Below, piece after piece: positions 42,906-53,147 of a DNA stretch of 64,000 nucleotides (positions are counted from its first letter, which is position 1; each line of letters begins with the position of its first letter). Where the stretch lies: contig CABYZG010000001.1 of the NCBI GenBank assembly GCA_902523455.1, positions 251,023 through 315,022 on the forward strand. Direction: 5' to 3'. The position numbers and the translations under genes are program-made. The DNA is from an uncultured Pelagibacteraceae bacterium (lineage in GTDB: Bacteria > Pseudomonadota > Alphaproteobacteria > Pelagibacterales > AG-422-B15). Under the pieces are notes generated by a model that worked only from the letters and a program-made list of their open reading frames with translations, was not told where the DNA came from and did not search any database.

Positions 42906-43448
42906 TTAAAATATACTTTTGTAATATTGATAAGCGCTGATCAGCGTGATTATAGTTGAGAACCAGAACAGATAAATACCCATGTTTAACAAAGGCTTCA
43001 AATCTATATAGATGCTTCCTATTAAGATCAAAAATAAACTCAAAATTTGAAAAGCAGTTTTATATTTTCCTAATATAGAAACATCTATTTTTTTTACTTC
43101 TGGTAAATTAGATGCATACTCTCTCAGACCAGAGATAAAAATTTCTCTAAATATTATTAAGTAGGCTGGAATTAAATTAATCTCATTAATATAGTCACTA
43201 TAGATAAATGTAATTATTAACATTACGACAAATAGCTTATCTGCAATAGGATCTAACATTTTACCAAATTCAGATGTACTATTCGTTTTTCTTGCAATTA
43301 TCCCATCAAAATAATCTGACAATGCAATAACAATAAATAAACTAAGAATTGCCAAATTAAATGAGCTATCACTATCTATGATTAAATATATTAATAATGG
43401 TAATAAAAAAATTCTAAGTAGAGTTAGAAAATTTGGTAACTTAGACAT
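42906..43448 (-). CDS. pgsA: CDP-diacylglycerol-glycerol-3-phosphate 3-phosphatidyltransferase
   Basis: CDP-alcohol motif DGIIARKTNSTSEFGKMLDPIADK. Confidence 0.9.
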   Translation of the reverse strand: MSKLPNFLTLLRIFLLPLLIYLIIDSDSSFNLAILSLFIVIALSDYFDGIIARKTNSTSEFGKMLDPIADKLFVVMLIITFIYSDYINEINLIPAYLIIFREIFISGLREYASNLPEVKKIDVSILGKYKTAFQILSLFLILIGSIYIDLKPLLNMGIYLFWFSTIITLISAYQYYKSIF

Positions 43449-45280
43449 TATCCATTAAAATATGCATATATTTTATCTGAAAGCAACTTACTAATTCCTC
43501 TAACTTTCATTATATCCTGAGCTGAGGCATTTTTAATATTTTTAACTGATCCAAAATGATTTAAAAGTAATTTTCTTCTGCTTCGTCCTAAACCTTCTAT
43601 CGGTTCGAGTTCTGAGGCATGCATTTCTCTTTTTCTTTTCGCTTTATGTGCCCCGATTGCGTAGCGATGTGACTCATCTCTAATTCTCTGAATAAAGAAA
43701 AAGGAGGGAGTATTTTTGTCGATAAAGTTTTTTTTATTTTTATATATTATTTGATCTAATGACTCTTTTCTTCCCTCACCCTTAAATATTGATATTAGTT
43801 CCATTTCATTTAAACCTTTAGTTTCTAAAATTTCTTTAGCTAAATCGTAGTGGCCTTTACCTCCATCAATAACCAATAAATCAGGCAATTTTTCATATTT
43901 TTTAGAATTTTTGATTGCTTCTTTTGAAAATCTTCTTTCAAGGACGTGTCTCATCATTCCGTAATCATCACCGAGTTTTACTTTTGATGAGTCTATATTA
44001 AATTTTCTGTATGATTTTTTTTCAAACCCTTCTTCAGAGTAAACAATCATGGCACCAACTGCATTTTTGCCCGATAGATGACTGTTGTCATAGGCTTCAA
44101 CTCTTTTTATTTTTTTAGTCATGTTGAGTGCTTTTGAAAGTTGGCTTAGATTCTCTTTGTCAGAGTGAGACTGTGCAATGTGATTTTTAAGTGCTAGTTC
44201 TGAGTTTCTACTCGCATATTTCACTATATCTAATTTTTTCCCTTTTTTAGGTACAAAAAAAGATGTCTTGTAATTATAAATGGATTTAAGAGATGTTTCG
44301 ATAAGAGATGAATTTTTTATAGGTAAGTTTAACAATACATTTTTTGGAGGGGAATATCTTGTATAGAAATCTACAATAAAACGCTCTAGGATCTCATAAG
44401 TTTCTACTTCATCACTGTGTTTTGGAAAATAAGATCTATTTCCCCAATTTTGACCTGACCTATAAATAAATACTTGAACACATGATTTATTACCTTTTCT
44501 TGAAATTGAAATCACGTCAGTATTTTTTACATCGTAAAGATTTATGTTTTGCTGACTTTGAATCTGCGTTAGTGCAACTATCTTATCTCTATAGCTGGCT
44601 GCTTTTTCATAATTAAGACTTTTACTTTCTTCATCCATTTTAGAAGATAGCTCCTCTTGTAAATTGCTATGTTGACCTGAAAGAAAGTGCTCAGCATTCC
44701 TAACACTTTGTAAATACTCTTTTTTACTTAATGTATAATCAACACAGGGACCACTGCACCTTTCAATTTGATAAAGAAGACATGGTTTAGATCTATTTTG
44801 AAAAATAGTATCATCGCACGACCTTAGTAAAAAAACTTTCTGTAATATTTTCAAAGTATAATTTAGTGAATTAATTGTTGCGAACGGACCAAAATATTTT
44901 CCCTTATATTTTTGTTTCCCTCTATGTTTTGAAATTTGTGGAAATTCTTGTTCATGATTAATAAAAATATAAGGAAATGATTTATCATCTCGTAAAAGTA
45001 TATTGAAAGGAGGTTTAAGTTTTTTTATTAAATTTGCCTCAAGCAACAAAGCTTCTTTTTCTGTCTCTGTAATAATTACTTCAATATTTGATATTCTACT
45101 AACCATCCTTCTGATTCGATTTGAGAGATTGTTAGTGTTTAGATAGCTTTTAAGTCTATTTTGGAGATTTTTTGCTTTACCAACATACATAATCTCTTCT
45201 TTTTCATTAAGCATTTTATAAATACCTGAGGAAGAGGGGGATTGGTCAATTATTTCTTTAATATTTTCAAGATTATTCAT
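43448..45280 (-). CDS. uvrC: excinuclease ABC subunit C
   Basis: GIY-YIG domain (GIYKMLNEKEEIMYVGKAKNL), UVR domain, Cys cluster, and a C-terminal HhH. Confidence 0.95.
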   Translation of the reverse strand: MNNLENIKEIIDQSPSSSGIYKMLNEKEEIMYVGKAKNLQNRLKSYLNTNNLSNRIRRMVSRISNIEVIITETEKEALLLEANLIKKLKPPFNILLRDDKSFPYIFINHEQEFPQISKHRGKQKYKGKYFGPFATINSLNYTLKILQKVFLLRSCDDTIFQNRSKPCLLYQIERCSGPCVDYTLSKKEYLQSVRNAEHFLSGQHSNLQEELSSKMDEESKSLNYEKAASYRDKIVALTQIQSQQNINLYDVKNTDVISISRKGNKSCVQVFIYRSGQNWGNRSYFPKHSDEVETYEILERFIVDFYTRYSPPKNVLLNLPIKNSSLIETSLKSIYNYKTSFFVPKKGKKLDIVKYASRNSELALKNHIAQSHSDKENLSQLSKALNMTKKIKRVEAYDNSHLSGKNAVGAMIVYSEEGFEKKSYRKFNIDSSKVKLGDDYGMMRHVLERRFSKEAIKNSKKYEKLPDLLVIDGGKGHYDLAKEILETKGLNEMELISIFKGEGRKESLDQIIYKNKKNFIDKNTPSFFFIQRIRDESHRYAIGAHKAKRKREMHASELEPIEGLGRSRRKLLLNHFGSVKNIKNASAQDIMKVRGISKLLSDKIYAYFNG

Positions 45281-45708
45281 TATTCTAAACGAGAGCGTTC
45301 AACTTCGATGCCTGCACTTTCAGCTTCTTGAATTGCATCAAGTTTTTCAAGTCTTATCTTCATAGTTTGAATTCTTTTGTTTTTAAAACACTCTTGAAAT
45401 ATTTTTTCAGCAAGTTTTTCTAGTAAAATTGTATGACCAGATTTAATAATTTTTTTAATTTTTTTTGAAATCTGATTATAGCAAACAACACTGTACAATT
45501 TATCATCATTTATTTTTTTTGGATTTTTAACTTTAGCAATTATATTTATGCGGAGTGGTTGGCTCTTTATTTTCTCGTGTTTGTATACTCCAATGTTTGC
45601 ATCGATCATAAAATCATTTAAAAAGATTAGATCGTACCCAGAATTTGGATTGATCAAATCTGTTTCTGACCTTAATTCACTTAATTTAAGAATATTCCTT
45701 GCTGTCAT
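45280..45708 (-). CDS. dihydroneopterin aldolase family (FolB-like) protein
   Basis: 142 aa with IGVYKHEKIKSQPLRINI, typical of the FolB tunnelling fold. Coupled to the upstream SDR. Confidence 0.7.
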   Translation of the reverse strand: MTARNILKLSELRSETDLINPNSGYDLIFLNDFMIDANIGVYKHEKIKSQPLRINIIAKVKNPKKINDDKLYSVVCYNQISKKIKKIIKSGHTILLEKLAEKIFQECFKNKRIQTMKIRLEKLDAIQEAESAGIEVERSRLE

Positions 45709-46427
45709 GATAAATGTTCCCCACCATCTACAGCTATAAATTGACCCGTAATTGATTTTGATTCAAGAAGAAATTTAACTGTTCTGGCAATCTCCTCCGG
45801 CGGTGAACCTATTTTAAGTAAAGTATTTTTGATCGATTTATCAAAATGTTTTTTTGATTGATGAATATTTTTAAGTGTCGGGCCTGGGCCAATCGCATTA
45901 ACCCTAATGTTAGGAGCAAATGATTTTGCCATGATTGTAGTTGCAGATAGTAAAGCTGATTTTGAAATAGAGTAGGAAAAGAATGATGTATCTGGATTAA
46001 CTACATTTTGATCCAATATATTTATAATATGCCCTAAGCTCTTTTTTGGAAGTTGTTTATAAAATTCTTTAGATATTATTAGAGGGGCATATAAGTTTAT
46101 ATTCATATGATCATACCAAAGTTTATCATTTAAATTTTCTATATTATCATTGATGAATAAGGAGGCATTATTAACAATTGCATGTATTGGTCCAAAGAAT
46201 TTTTTACTTCTTTTAATTATATTTTTAACATCAGATATTTTAGACAAATCAGTTTTCACTATTTCGCAATCGCGCCCGTAACTATTAATAATATTTTTTA
46301 ACTCTCTGGCTGCTTTTGAAGACTTATTATAGTGTATTATAAAATTATAATGAGAATCTTTGAGAAATAGTGCAATTGATCTACCAATTCTTTGGGAACC
46401 GCCTGTAATTAATATTGTTTTTTTCAT
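45705..46427 (-). CDS. SDR-family oxidoreductase (pteridine reductase/FolM-like by context)
   Basis: ITGGSQRIGRS cofactor motif and YSISKSAL catalytic YxxxK. Confidence 0.75.
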   Translation of the reverse strand: MKKTILITGGSQRIGRSIALFLKDSHYNFIIHYNKSSKAARELKNIINSYGRDCEIVKTDLSKISDVKNIIKRSKKFFGPIHAIVNNASLFINDNIENLNDKLWYDHMNINLYAPLIISKEFYKQLPKKSLGHIINILDQNVVNPDTSFFSYSISKSALLSATTIMAKSFAPNIRVNAIGPGPTLKNIHQSKKHFDKSIKNTLLKIGSPPEEIARTVKFLLESKSITGQFIAVDGGEHLS

Positions 46428-47359
46428 AATATAAAAGAATTTCCAAGATACAAAAAATAACTAATCAAGAAAAAAGCAGAATGTATTTTTCTCATTTGAA
46501 TTCTTAAAATTGCCATAAGAGCTATCATCAAAGTCACTAATATTAAAATATATATGTGAAATACATCTATATTTATTAGAGAATATTCAAACCCTCTAAG
46601 TTGAACAATTATGACCCCTGGTAGGAAAACAAACAGTATATTCATAATATTACTACCAATAACATTACCAATACCTATAGAGCCCTTCTTTTTTAAGTAA
46701 GAAATAATAACAGTTATCAATTCAGGTAAGGATGTACCAATAGCCAGAACAAAAATACCTATTAGTACCTCGTTAACTCCTAACGTTTGAAAAATATTCA
46801 GTGAACTGTCTAAAAAAATTTTCCCACCGATAAAAATGCCTATGAAGGCACTTAGTAAAATTAAATAAGTGTATCTTCCAAAAATTTTTTGTTCTTCAGT
46901 TTGATCTGAGGATTTATAATTACGAAGAAAATTAATAAAGAACAAAGTTAAAACTAAATAGCCGATTGTGTGAATGAGAGTGACTGTTTGGCTAATATAA
47001 AATAAGAGTGCGAAGTATAAAGATATTAGAAGTAAGAAAATAATATCCTTAGTACCTAATTTATCTAGACTAATTTTGAAAAAAAATGCTGAAGTTCCTA
47101 AAATTAGTAAAATATTTGCAATATTAGATCCTATAATATTTCCAGTAATGGCGTCAGTAGCTGGAACAATCTTTGTTGCAGCAAATAGAGTGATAACTAG
47201 TTCAGGTGCTGATGTACCAAGCGCTACAATTGTTAAACCTATTAATACTGGGGACAAATTGAACTTTTTGGCAATTGCGTCAGCCGACTCAATCATTTTA
47301 TCTGCACTGTATAAAAGAAGAGATAATCCTATTAACAGTATGCAGAAATCTAAAAACAT
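46424..47359 (-). CDS. Ca2+/Na+ antiporter (CaCA family, YrbG-like)
   Basis: Two alpha-repeats, GTSAPELV and GTSLPELI. 311 aa, about 10 TM. Confidence 0.85.
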   Translation of the reverse strand: MFLDFCILLIGLSLLLYSADKMIESADAIAKKFNLSPVLIGLTIVALGTSAPELVITLFAATKIVPATDAITGNIIGSNIANILLILGTSAFFFKISLDKLGTKDIIFLLLISLYFALLFYISQTVTLIHTIGYLVLTLFFINFLRNYKSSDQTEEQKIFGRYTYLILLSAFIGIFIGGKIFLDSSLNIFQTLGVNEVLIGIFVLAIGTSLPELITVIISYLKKKGSIGIGNVIGSNIMNILFVFLPGVIIVQLRGFEYSLINIDVFHIYILILVTLMIALMAILRIQMRKIHSAFFLISYFLYLGNSFIL

Positions 47360-49413
47360 TAAGTAAAGTACTTTCTTTTTTTCCTTTTATTTTTTTTATA
47401 AACTATATTGCTGTTGGATGGTAACTCTAATTCATTATTCTCAAGCCTTTTTATCTCATCTCTTAACTTAGCAGCTTCTTCAAAATTGAGATCATCAGCA
47501 AAATCCATCATATTTTTCTTTAGTTCCTCAAGATGTTTTTTTAGATTATTTCCGACAAGATGTTTTTCTGTGCTCTTCAAATCAACGTTTACACGATCAT
47601 TTTCATAAATACTTTCAAGAATATCACTAATATCTCTCTTTATAGTTTCAGGAGTAATATTATTTTCTTTGTTATATTGCTTTTGTATATCTCTTCTTCT
47701 GTCAGTCTCACTTATTGCTTTTTTTATACTTTCTGTTTCCTTATCAGCATACAGTATTACTCTTCCATCTACATTCCTTGCTGCTCTACCGATTGTCTGT
47801 ACCAATGATCTCTCCGATCTTAAGAAGCCTTCTTTATCAGCATCTAATATTGCGACTAAGGCACATTCAGGTATATCCAAACCTTCTCTAAGTAAATTGA
47901 TACCCACTAAGACGTCAAACAGTCCCTTTCTTAGGTCACGGATGATTTCAATCCTTTCTAATGTATCAATATCTGAATGCATATATTTTACTTTTATACC
48001 ATTTTCATGCATATACTCTGACAAGTCCTCAGCCATGCGTTTAGTAAGTGTTGTTACCAATACTCGGTATTTTAGATCGATAATTTTTTTACATTCTGAA
48101 ATTAAATCTTCAACTTGAGTTTTTGCAGGCCTTATTTCAACCTCTGGATCAATCAACCCTGTTGGCCTTATTATTTGTTCAGTAAATACCCCTTGAGTTT
48201 TTTGCATTTCCCATGGTCCTGGAGTAGCAGAAATGAATAAACTTTGAGGGCGCATCATTTCCCACTCCTCAAACTTCAATGGTCTGTTATCTAAACAAGA
48301 TGGTAATCTAAAGCCATATTCTGATAGTGTTGTTTTTCTACTTCGGTCACCTTTATACATGCCTTCTAATTGAGGTACTGTGACATGACTTTCATCAACA
48401 AAGAGAAGTGCATTGTCAGGTAAGTATTCAAAAAGTGTTGGAGGCGGTTCGCCTGGATTCCTTCCAGAGAGATATCTTGAATAATTCTCAATGCCTGGAC
48501 AACTGCCCGTTGCCTCAATCATTTCTAAATCAAACCTTGTTCTTTCTTCTATTCGTTGAGCCTCTATTAATTTATTTTCTTTTTTAAATTCAGGAATCCT
48601 TACTTCTAAATCTTTTCGTATTTGTTTTATGGCAGTATCAAGTGTTGGCCTTGGAGTGACGTAGTGACTGTTTGCATAAATTTTTATAGTTTCTAACTCA
48701 GCTGTCTTTTTTCCAGTCAATGGATCAAATTCACTAATCGACTCGAGATCATCTCCGAATAACGATAATTTCCATGCGCGGTCTTCGTAATGGGATGGAA
48801 AAACCTCAATCAAGTCTCCACGCACCCTAAATGTACCTCTATGAAAATCTGTGTCATTTCGGTTATATTGAAGCGTGATGAGTTTCTGAATAATTTCATT
48901 TCGTCCAATCTTTTGATTTTTTTCTAATCGAATAGTCATTGATCTATACGTTTCAACAGAACCTATTCCATAAATGCATGAAACACTTGCAACAATTACA
49001 ACATCTTTTCTCTCAAGTAAGGATTGAGTTGCCGAGTGCCTCATTCGATCGATTTGTTCATTTATCGATGCTTCTTTTTCTATGTAAGTATTTGACCTCG
49101 GTACGTATGCTTCAGGTATATAGTAGTCATAATAAGATACAAAATATTCAACAGCGTTATCTGGAAAGAATGACTTCATTTCACCATACAATTGTGCTGC
49201 TAAAGTTTTATTTGGAGCAAGTATTAGAGTTGGCCTTTGAAGTTTTTCTATAATTTTAGCCATCGTGAAAGTTTTGCCTGATCCAGTTACTCCAAGCAAA
49301 ACTTGTTCCATCTCATCGCCTTTAATGCTTTTAACAATCTCTTCAATTGCTTGAGGCTGATCTCCTGCAGGCTTGTATTCAGATGTGACTTTAAGAACTT
49401 CAGAATTTGGCAT
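47359..49413 (-). CDS. uvrB: excinuclease ABC subunit B
   Basis: [10 protein letters not shown], helicase motifs, and a C-terminal UVR domain [11 protein letters not shown]. Confidence 0.96.
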   Translation of the reverse strand: MPNSEVLKVTSEYKPAGDQPQAIEEIVKSIKGDEMEQVLLGVTGSGKTFTMAKIIEKLQRPTLILAPNKTLAAQLYGEMKSFFPDNAVEYFVSYYDYYIPEAYVPRSNTYIEKEASINEQIDRMRHSATQSLLERKDVVIVASVSCIYGIGSVETYRSMTIRLEKNQKIGRNEIIQKLITLQYNRNDTDFHRGTFRVRGDLIEVFPSHYEDRAWKLSLFGDDLESISEFDPLTGKKTAELETIKIYANSHYVTPRPTLDTAIKQIRKDLEVRIPEFKKENKLIEAQRIEERTRFDLEMIEATGSCPGIENYSRYLSGRNPGEPPPTLFEYLPDNALLFVDESHVTVPQLEGMYKGDRSRKTTLSEYGFRLPSCLDNRPLKFEEWEMMRPQSLFISATPGPWEMQKTQGVFTEQIIRPTGLIDPEVEIRPAKTQVEDLISECKKIIDLKYRVLVTTLTKRMAEDLSEYMHENGIKVKYMHSDIDTLERIEIIRDLRKGLFDVLVGINLLREGLDIPECALVAILDADKEGFLRSERSLVQTIGRAARNVDGRVILYADKETESIKKAISETDRRRDIQKQYNKENNITPETIKRDISDILESIYENDRVNVDLKSTEKHLVGNNLKKHLEELKKNMMDFADDLNFEEAAKLRDEIKRLENNELELPSNSNIVYKKNKRKKRKYFT

Positions 49414-49504
49414 TAATTTATCAATTAGTTAGAATATAAATTGTGTATTAATCTAATTTAATATAATAGCTGATTGTATAAATAACAAATTCTGGGGATA
49501 AGCA

Positions 49505-50707
49505 GTGGTAGAACTATCGCATAGTATAAAAAGAATTAAGCCATCGGCCACCATGGCAGTGACCCAAAAAGCTCGTGAATTGAAGGCTGCAGGAAAGGAT
49601 ATCATAGGTTTAGGAGCGGGCGAACCTGATTTTGATACTCCGGAAAATATTAAAAAAGCAGCCATTAAGGCGATAAACGATGGAGATACCAAATATACCC
49701 CTGTTGATGGAACTCCAGAACTGAAGAATGCAATCAAAGCAAAATTTAAAAGAGAAAATAATTTAGATTACGAGCTTAATGAAATCTCAGTTGGTACAGG
49801 AGGAAAGCAAATTATTTTTAATGCATTTGCTGTCTCCTTAAATGAATCAGACGAAGTAATTATTCCAGCTCCTTATTGGGTAACTTACCCTGACGTCGTT
49901 AATTATTTTAATGGAAAACCTATTTTTGTTCAATGTGGTGAAGAGTCAGGATTTAAAATTACTCCACAACAACTTGAAAATACAATCAATCAATCAACCA
50001 AATGGTTTATTCTTAATTCACCATCAAACCCTACAGGTTCCTGTTATACAAAAAATGAACTTTTAGAACTTGCAAATATTTTAAAAAAGTATCCACACGT
50101 GAACGTAATGACTGATGATTTATATGAACATCTTATATATGATGATAATGAATTTCATACTTTTGCAAGCATTGCTCCAGAACTTAAAGAGAGAATATTA
50201 ACATTGAATGGAGTTAGTAAGGCATATGCTATGACAGGCTGGAGAATTGGTTATGCTGGAGGAAATGCAAATTTAATTAAAGCTATGGGTAAACTTCAGT
50301 CTCAATCAACAAGTAATCCAACATCTATTAGTCAAGCTGCAGCAGTTGAGGCCTTAAATGGAAATAATTCATTTATTGCCGAAAGAGCTAAAGTATTTAA
50401 AGTTAGACGTGACTTTCTGATTAATGAACTCAATAGTATGAATGGAATTACTTGTAGAGTCCCTGAGGGTGCATTTTATGTTTTTCCTTCATGCAAAGGA
50501 GTAATTGGCAAAGTCGATGAGTCGAATAATAAAATTTCAAATGATGAGGAATTTACGACATCCTTATTAGAGCAAGCAGGAGTTGCTGTTGTTCAAGGTT
50601 CAGCTTTTGGTTTGGAGGGCTATTTTAGAATTTCTTATGCAACTTCAGACGAAAACTTAAAAAATGCATGTGTTCGAATGAGAGAGTTTCTAAGTAAATT
50701 AAGATAA
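49505..50707 (+). CDS. aspartate (class I) aminotransferase
   Basis: GTG start. Contains LGAGEPDFDTP and PLP-lysine region SKAYAMTGWRIGY. Confidence 0.88.
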   Translation: MVELSHSIKRIKPSATMAVTQKARELKAAGKDIIGLGAGEPDFDTPENIKKAAIKAINDGDTKYTPVDGTPELKNAIKAKFKRENNLDYELNEISVGTGGKQIIFNAFAVSLNESDEVIIPAPYWVTYPDVVNYFNGKPIFVQCGEESGFKITPQQLENTINQSTKWFILNSPSNPTGSCYTKNELLELANILKKYPHVNVMTDDLYEHLIYDDNEFHTFASIAPELKERILTLNGVSKAYAMTGWRIGYAGGNANLIKAMGKLQSQSTSNPTSISQAAAVEALNGNNSFIAERAKVFKVRRDFLINELNSMNGITCRVPEGAFYVFPSCKGVIGKVDESNNKISNDEEFTTSLLEQAGVAVVQGSAFGLEGYFRISYATSDENLKNACVRMREFLSKLR

Positions 50708-51631
50708 TTCTGCTAAATACTTTTCTGCCTCTAACGCTGCCATACAACCCATACCAGCCGCAGTAACTGCCTGACGATAAATTTTATCCTTTACATCTCC
50801 AGCTGCGTAGACACCTTCTACATTTGTAAGGGTAGAGTCAGGTTTTGTAATTATATATCCATCTTCATCCATTTCGACTTGATCCCTAAAAATTTGAGTA
50901 GCTGGATCATGCCCAATAGCAACAAAGACACCGTCTAGCTCTATGTTGCTCATTTCGTTTGTTTTTGTATTTTTAATATTAATACTTTTGACATTTAGAG
51001 GATCTTCATCACCAACTATTTCTTTTAGTTCGCTATCCCACACACATTCAACTTTTTCATTTTTAAATAATCTTTCTTGGAGTATCTTCTCTGCACGGAG
51101 CTCATTGCGTCTATGGACAAGGTATACTTTTGATGCAAAATTTGTTAGATATAAAGCTTCTTCAACAGCTGAATTACCACCACCGATTACTGCAACTTTT
51201 TTTTCCTTAAAAAAAAAGCCATCACAAGTTGCACAGGCTGAAACGCCATATCCTTGAAACTTTTTTTCAGATTCTAATCCAAGCCATCTTGCTTGAGCTC
51301 CTGTGGAGATAATCACTGAATCAGCAGTATATTCAGTGCCTGACTCGCTGATAGCTTTAAAAGGCTTACTTTTAAAATCTACACTTTTAATAATATCATT
51401 TAAAATATTTGTTCCTACATTTTTTGCTTGTTCTTGCATTTGTTCCATTAACCATGGACCTTGTATTACATCACCATATCCGGGATAATTTTCAACATCA
51501 GTTGTTATAGTAAGCTGCCCACCTGGCTGTAAACCTTGAATTAATGTTGGCTCAAGCATTGCCCTTGCCGCATATATTGCTGCAGTATATCCTGCAGGAC
51601 CAGACCCAATTATTAAAACTTTTGAATGCAT
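50699..51631 (-). CDS. trxB: thioredoxin-disulfide reductase
   Basis: IIGSGPAGYTAA, redox centre CATCDG, and GGGNSAVEEA. Its 3-prime end overlaps the aminotransferase 3-prime end by 9 nt. Confidence 0.94.
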   Translation of the reverse strand: MHSKVLIIGSGPAGYTAAIYAARAMLEPTLIQGLQPGGQLTITTDVENYPGYGDVIQGPWLMEQMQEQAKNVGTNILNDIIKSVDFKSKPFKAISESGTEYTADSVIISTGAQARWLGLESEKKFQGYGVSACATCDGFFFKEKKVAVIGGGNSAVEEALYLTNFASKVYLVHRRNELRAEKILQERLFKNEKVECVWDSELKEIVGDEDPLNVKSINIKNTKTNEMSNIELDGVFVAIGHDPATQIFRDQVEMDEDGYIITKPDSTLTNVEGVYAAGDVKDKIYRQAVTAAGMGCMAALEAEKYLAELS

Positions 51632-51700
51632 AATTTATTTTATATAATTTTTAAGACTTAAAGTATAATTAATTGTAACTAAATCTTAAATACTCGTCTA

Positions 51701-52684
51701 ATGAAAAATTTCAATAGATTATATGCATGGTGTATCACAGATGGTAATGCTGGAAATGTCAATCAAGCTAAAGGGCTAGCTCAACTATTGGGTTTAGATT
51801 TCAAACAAAAAGAATTATCTCTTAACTTTCCCTGGAACAAGATGCCTTTGGGGTTTCTTCCTATAAATAAGTTTGCATTTAAAAATTTTGATAAATTTGA
51901 TTTTACTGTTATGCCTGAGATTATTATTACGTGTGGCAAAAGAAGTGCCTATATTTCAATTTATCTCAAAAATAAATATCCATCTATATTCAATATTCAT
52001 ATTTTAAATCCTAGGATAGATAAATCATATTTTGATCTGATAGTTGCACCATTACACGATAAATTGTCTGGCGTAAATATTGTAAGTACAGAAATTGCCA
52101 TAAGTCATATTAATGATAGTTTAATAAATGAGGAAAAACTAAAGTTTGAAAAAGAATTCAGCTCAGAAAGAAGAAAAATTTGTACTTTTCTAATTGGTGG
52201 CAATAGTAGAAACCACAAATTTGAGGAAAATGAAGCAAAAAATTTAGCAAGTAAGATAAACCATTTAAGTAAAAATGATAATTTTAAAATAGTAGTTTTA
52301 TTTTCAAGACGTACATCGAATAAAATAAAAAAAATTATTTCTAACAAACTGCTACAAAAAAAAATAATATGGGATAAGGATGAAAATCCCTATATAAGCT
52401 TGATGGGTTACTCTGACTTTATTATTTGCACAAGTGATTCAGTTTCAATGATATCTGAGTCAATATCTTCTAAAAAGTCAGTTTTTATATATAAATTGCC
52501 ATCAAGAAAAAAAAACAATCGCATAGAACATTTCATTAATACAGTTCTAATTAAAAATTACGCCAAAATACTAGAAAACGATTTATATGATTTTGATTGT
52601 CAATATAATAATCAAAATGAAAAAATAAAAAGAGCCATTTTTGAAAAGTATAAAAGTTACATGAATAAAAATTATCATGTCTAA
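51701..52684 (+). CDS. ELM1/DUF1022-family protein (mitochondrial-fission ELM1 homologue, function unknown in bacteria)
   Basis: The N-terminus WCITDGNAGNVNQAKGLAQLLGL matches my memory of the ITDGKAGxxNQxxGLA signature of this family. Confidence 0.6.
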   Translation: MKNFNRLYAWCITDGNAGNVNQAKGLAQLLGLDFKQKELSLNFPWNKMPLGFLPINKFAFKNFDKFDFTVMPEIIITCGKRSAYISIYLKNKYPSIFNIHILNPRIDKSYFDLIVAPLHDKLSGVNIVSTEIAISHINDSLINEEKLKFEKEFSSERRKICTFLIGGNSRNHKFEENEAKNLASKINHLSKNDNFKIVVLFSRRTSNKIKKIISNKLLQKKIIWDKDENPYISLMGYSDFIICTSDSVSMISESISSKKSVFIYKLPSRKKNNRIEHFINTVLIKNYAKILENDLYDFDCQYNNQNEKIKRAIFEKYKSYMNKNYHV

Positions 52685-53147
52685 GAAAAAATTAGATAAA
52701 ACTGATCTAAAAATATTGAGGATTCTTCAGGACGAGGGAAGAATATCAAATTTAGACCTTTCAAAAAAAATTGAAATGTCCGCCCCTCCAACTTTAAGAA
52801 GAGTGAGAGAGCTAGAAAAAAAAGGATACATTGAAAATATTACAGCAAATCTAGATGCTGAAAAATTAGGATTTGATTTGACAGCTTGGATCTTTATTAG
52901 TTTAAAAAATCAAAATGAAGAAAGTCTAGGATCTTTTGAAAAAATGGTTTGGGGTTGGGAGCCGATTAGAGAATGCTTTATGTTAAATGGTGAAGTAGAT
53001 TTTATTCTTAAATGCGTGGTGAAAAATATAAATGAATTTAATAACTTCTTAACTACGCAGGTAACTCCAAATGAAAATATTTTGAGTGTTAAAACAGCAT
53101 TTGTTATTAAAAATACAAAAAAGTTAGGTACCGTTCCTCTAGATTAG
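52677..53147 (+). CDS. Lrp/AsnC-family transcriptional regulator
   Basis: [30 protein letters not shown] plus a RAM-like C-terminal domain. Confidence 0.88.
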   Translation: MSKKKLDKTDLKILRILQDEGRISNLDLSKKIEMSAPPTLRRVRELEKKGYIENITANLDAEKLGFDLTAWIFISLKNQNEESLGSFEKMVWGWEPIRECFMLNGEVDFILKCVVKNINEFNNFLTTQVTPNENILSVKTAFVIKNTKKLGTVPLD

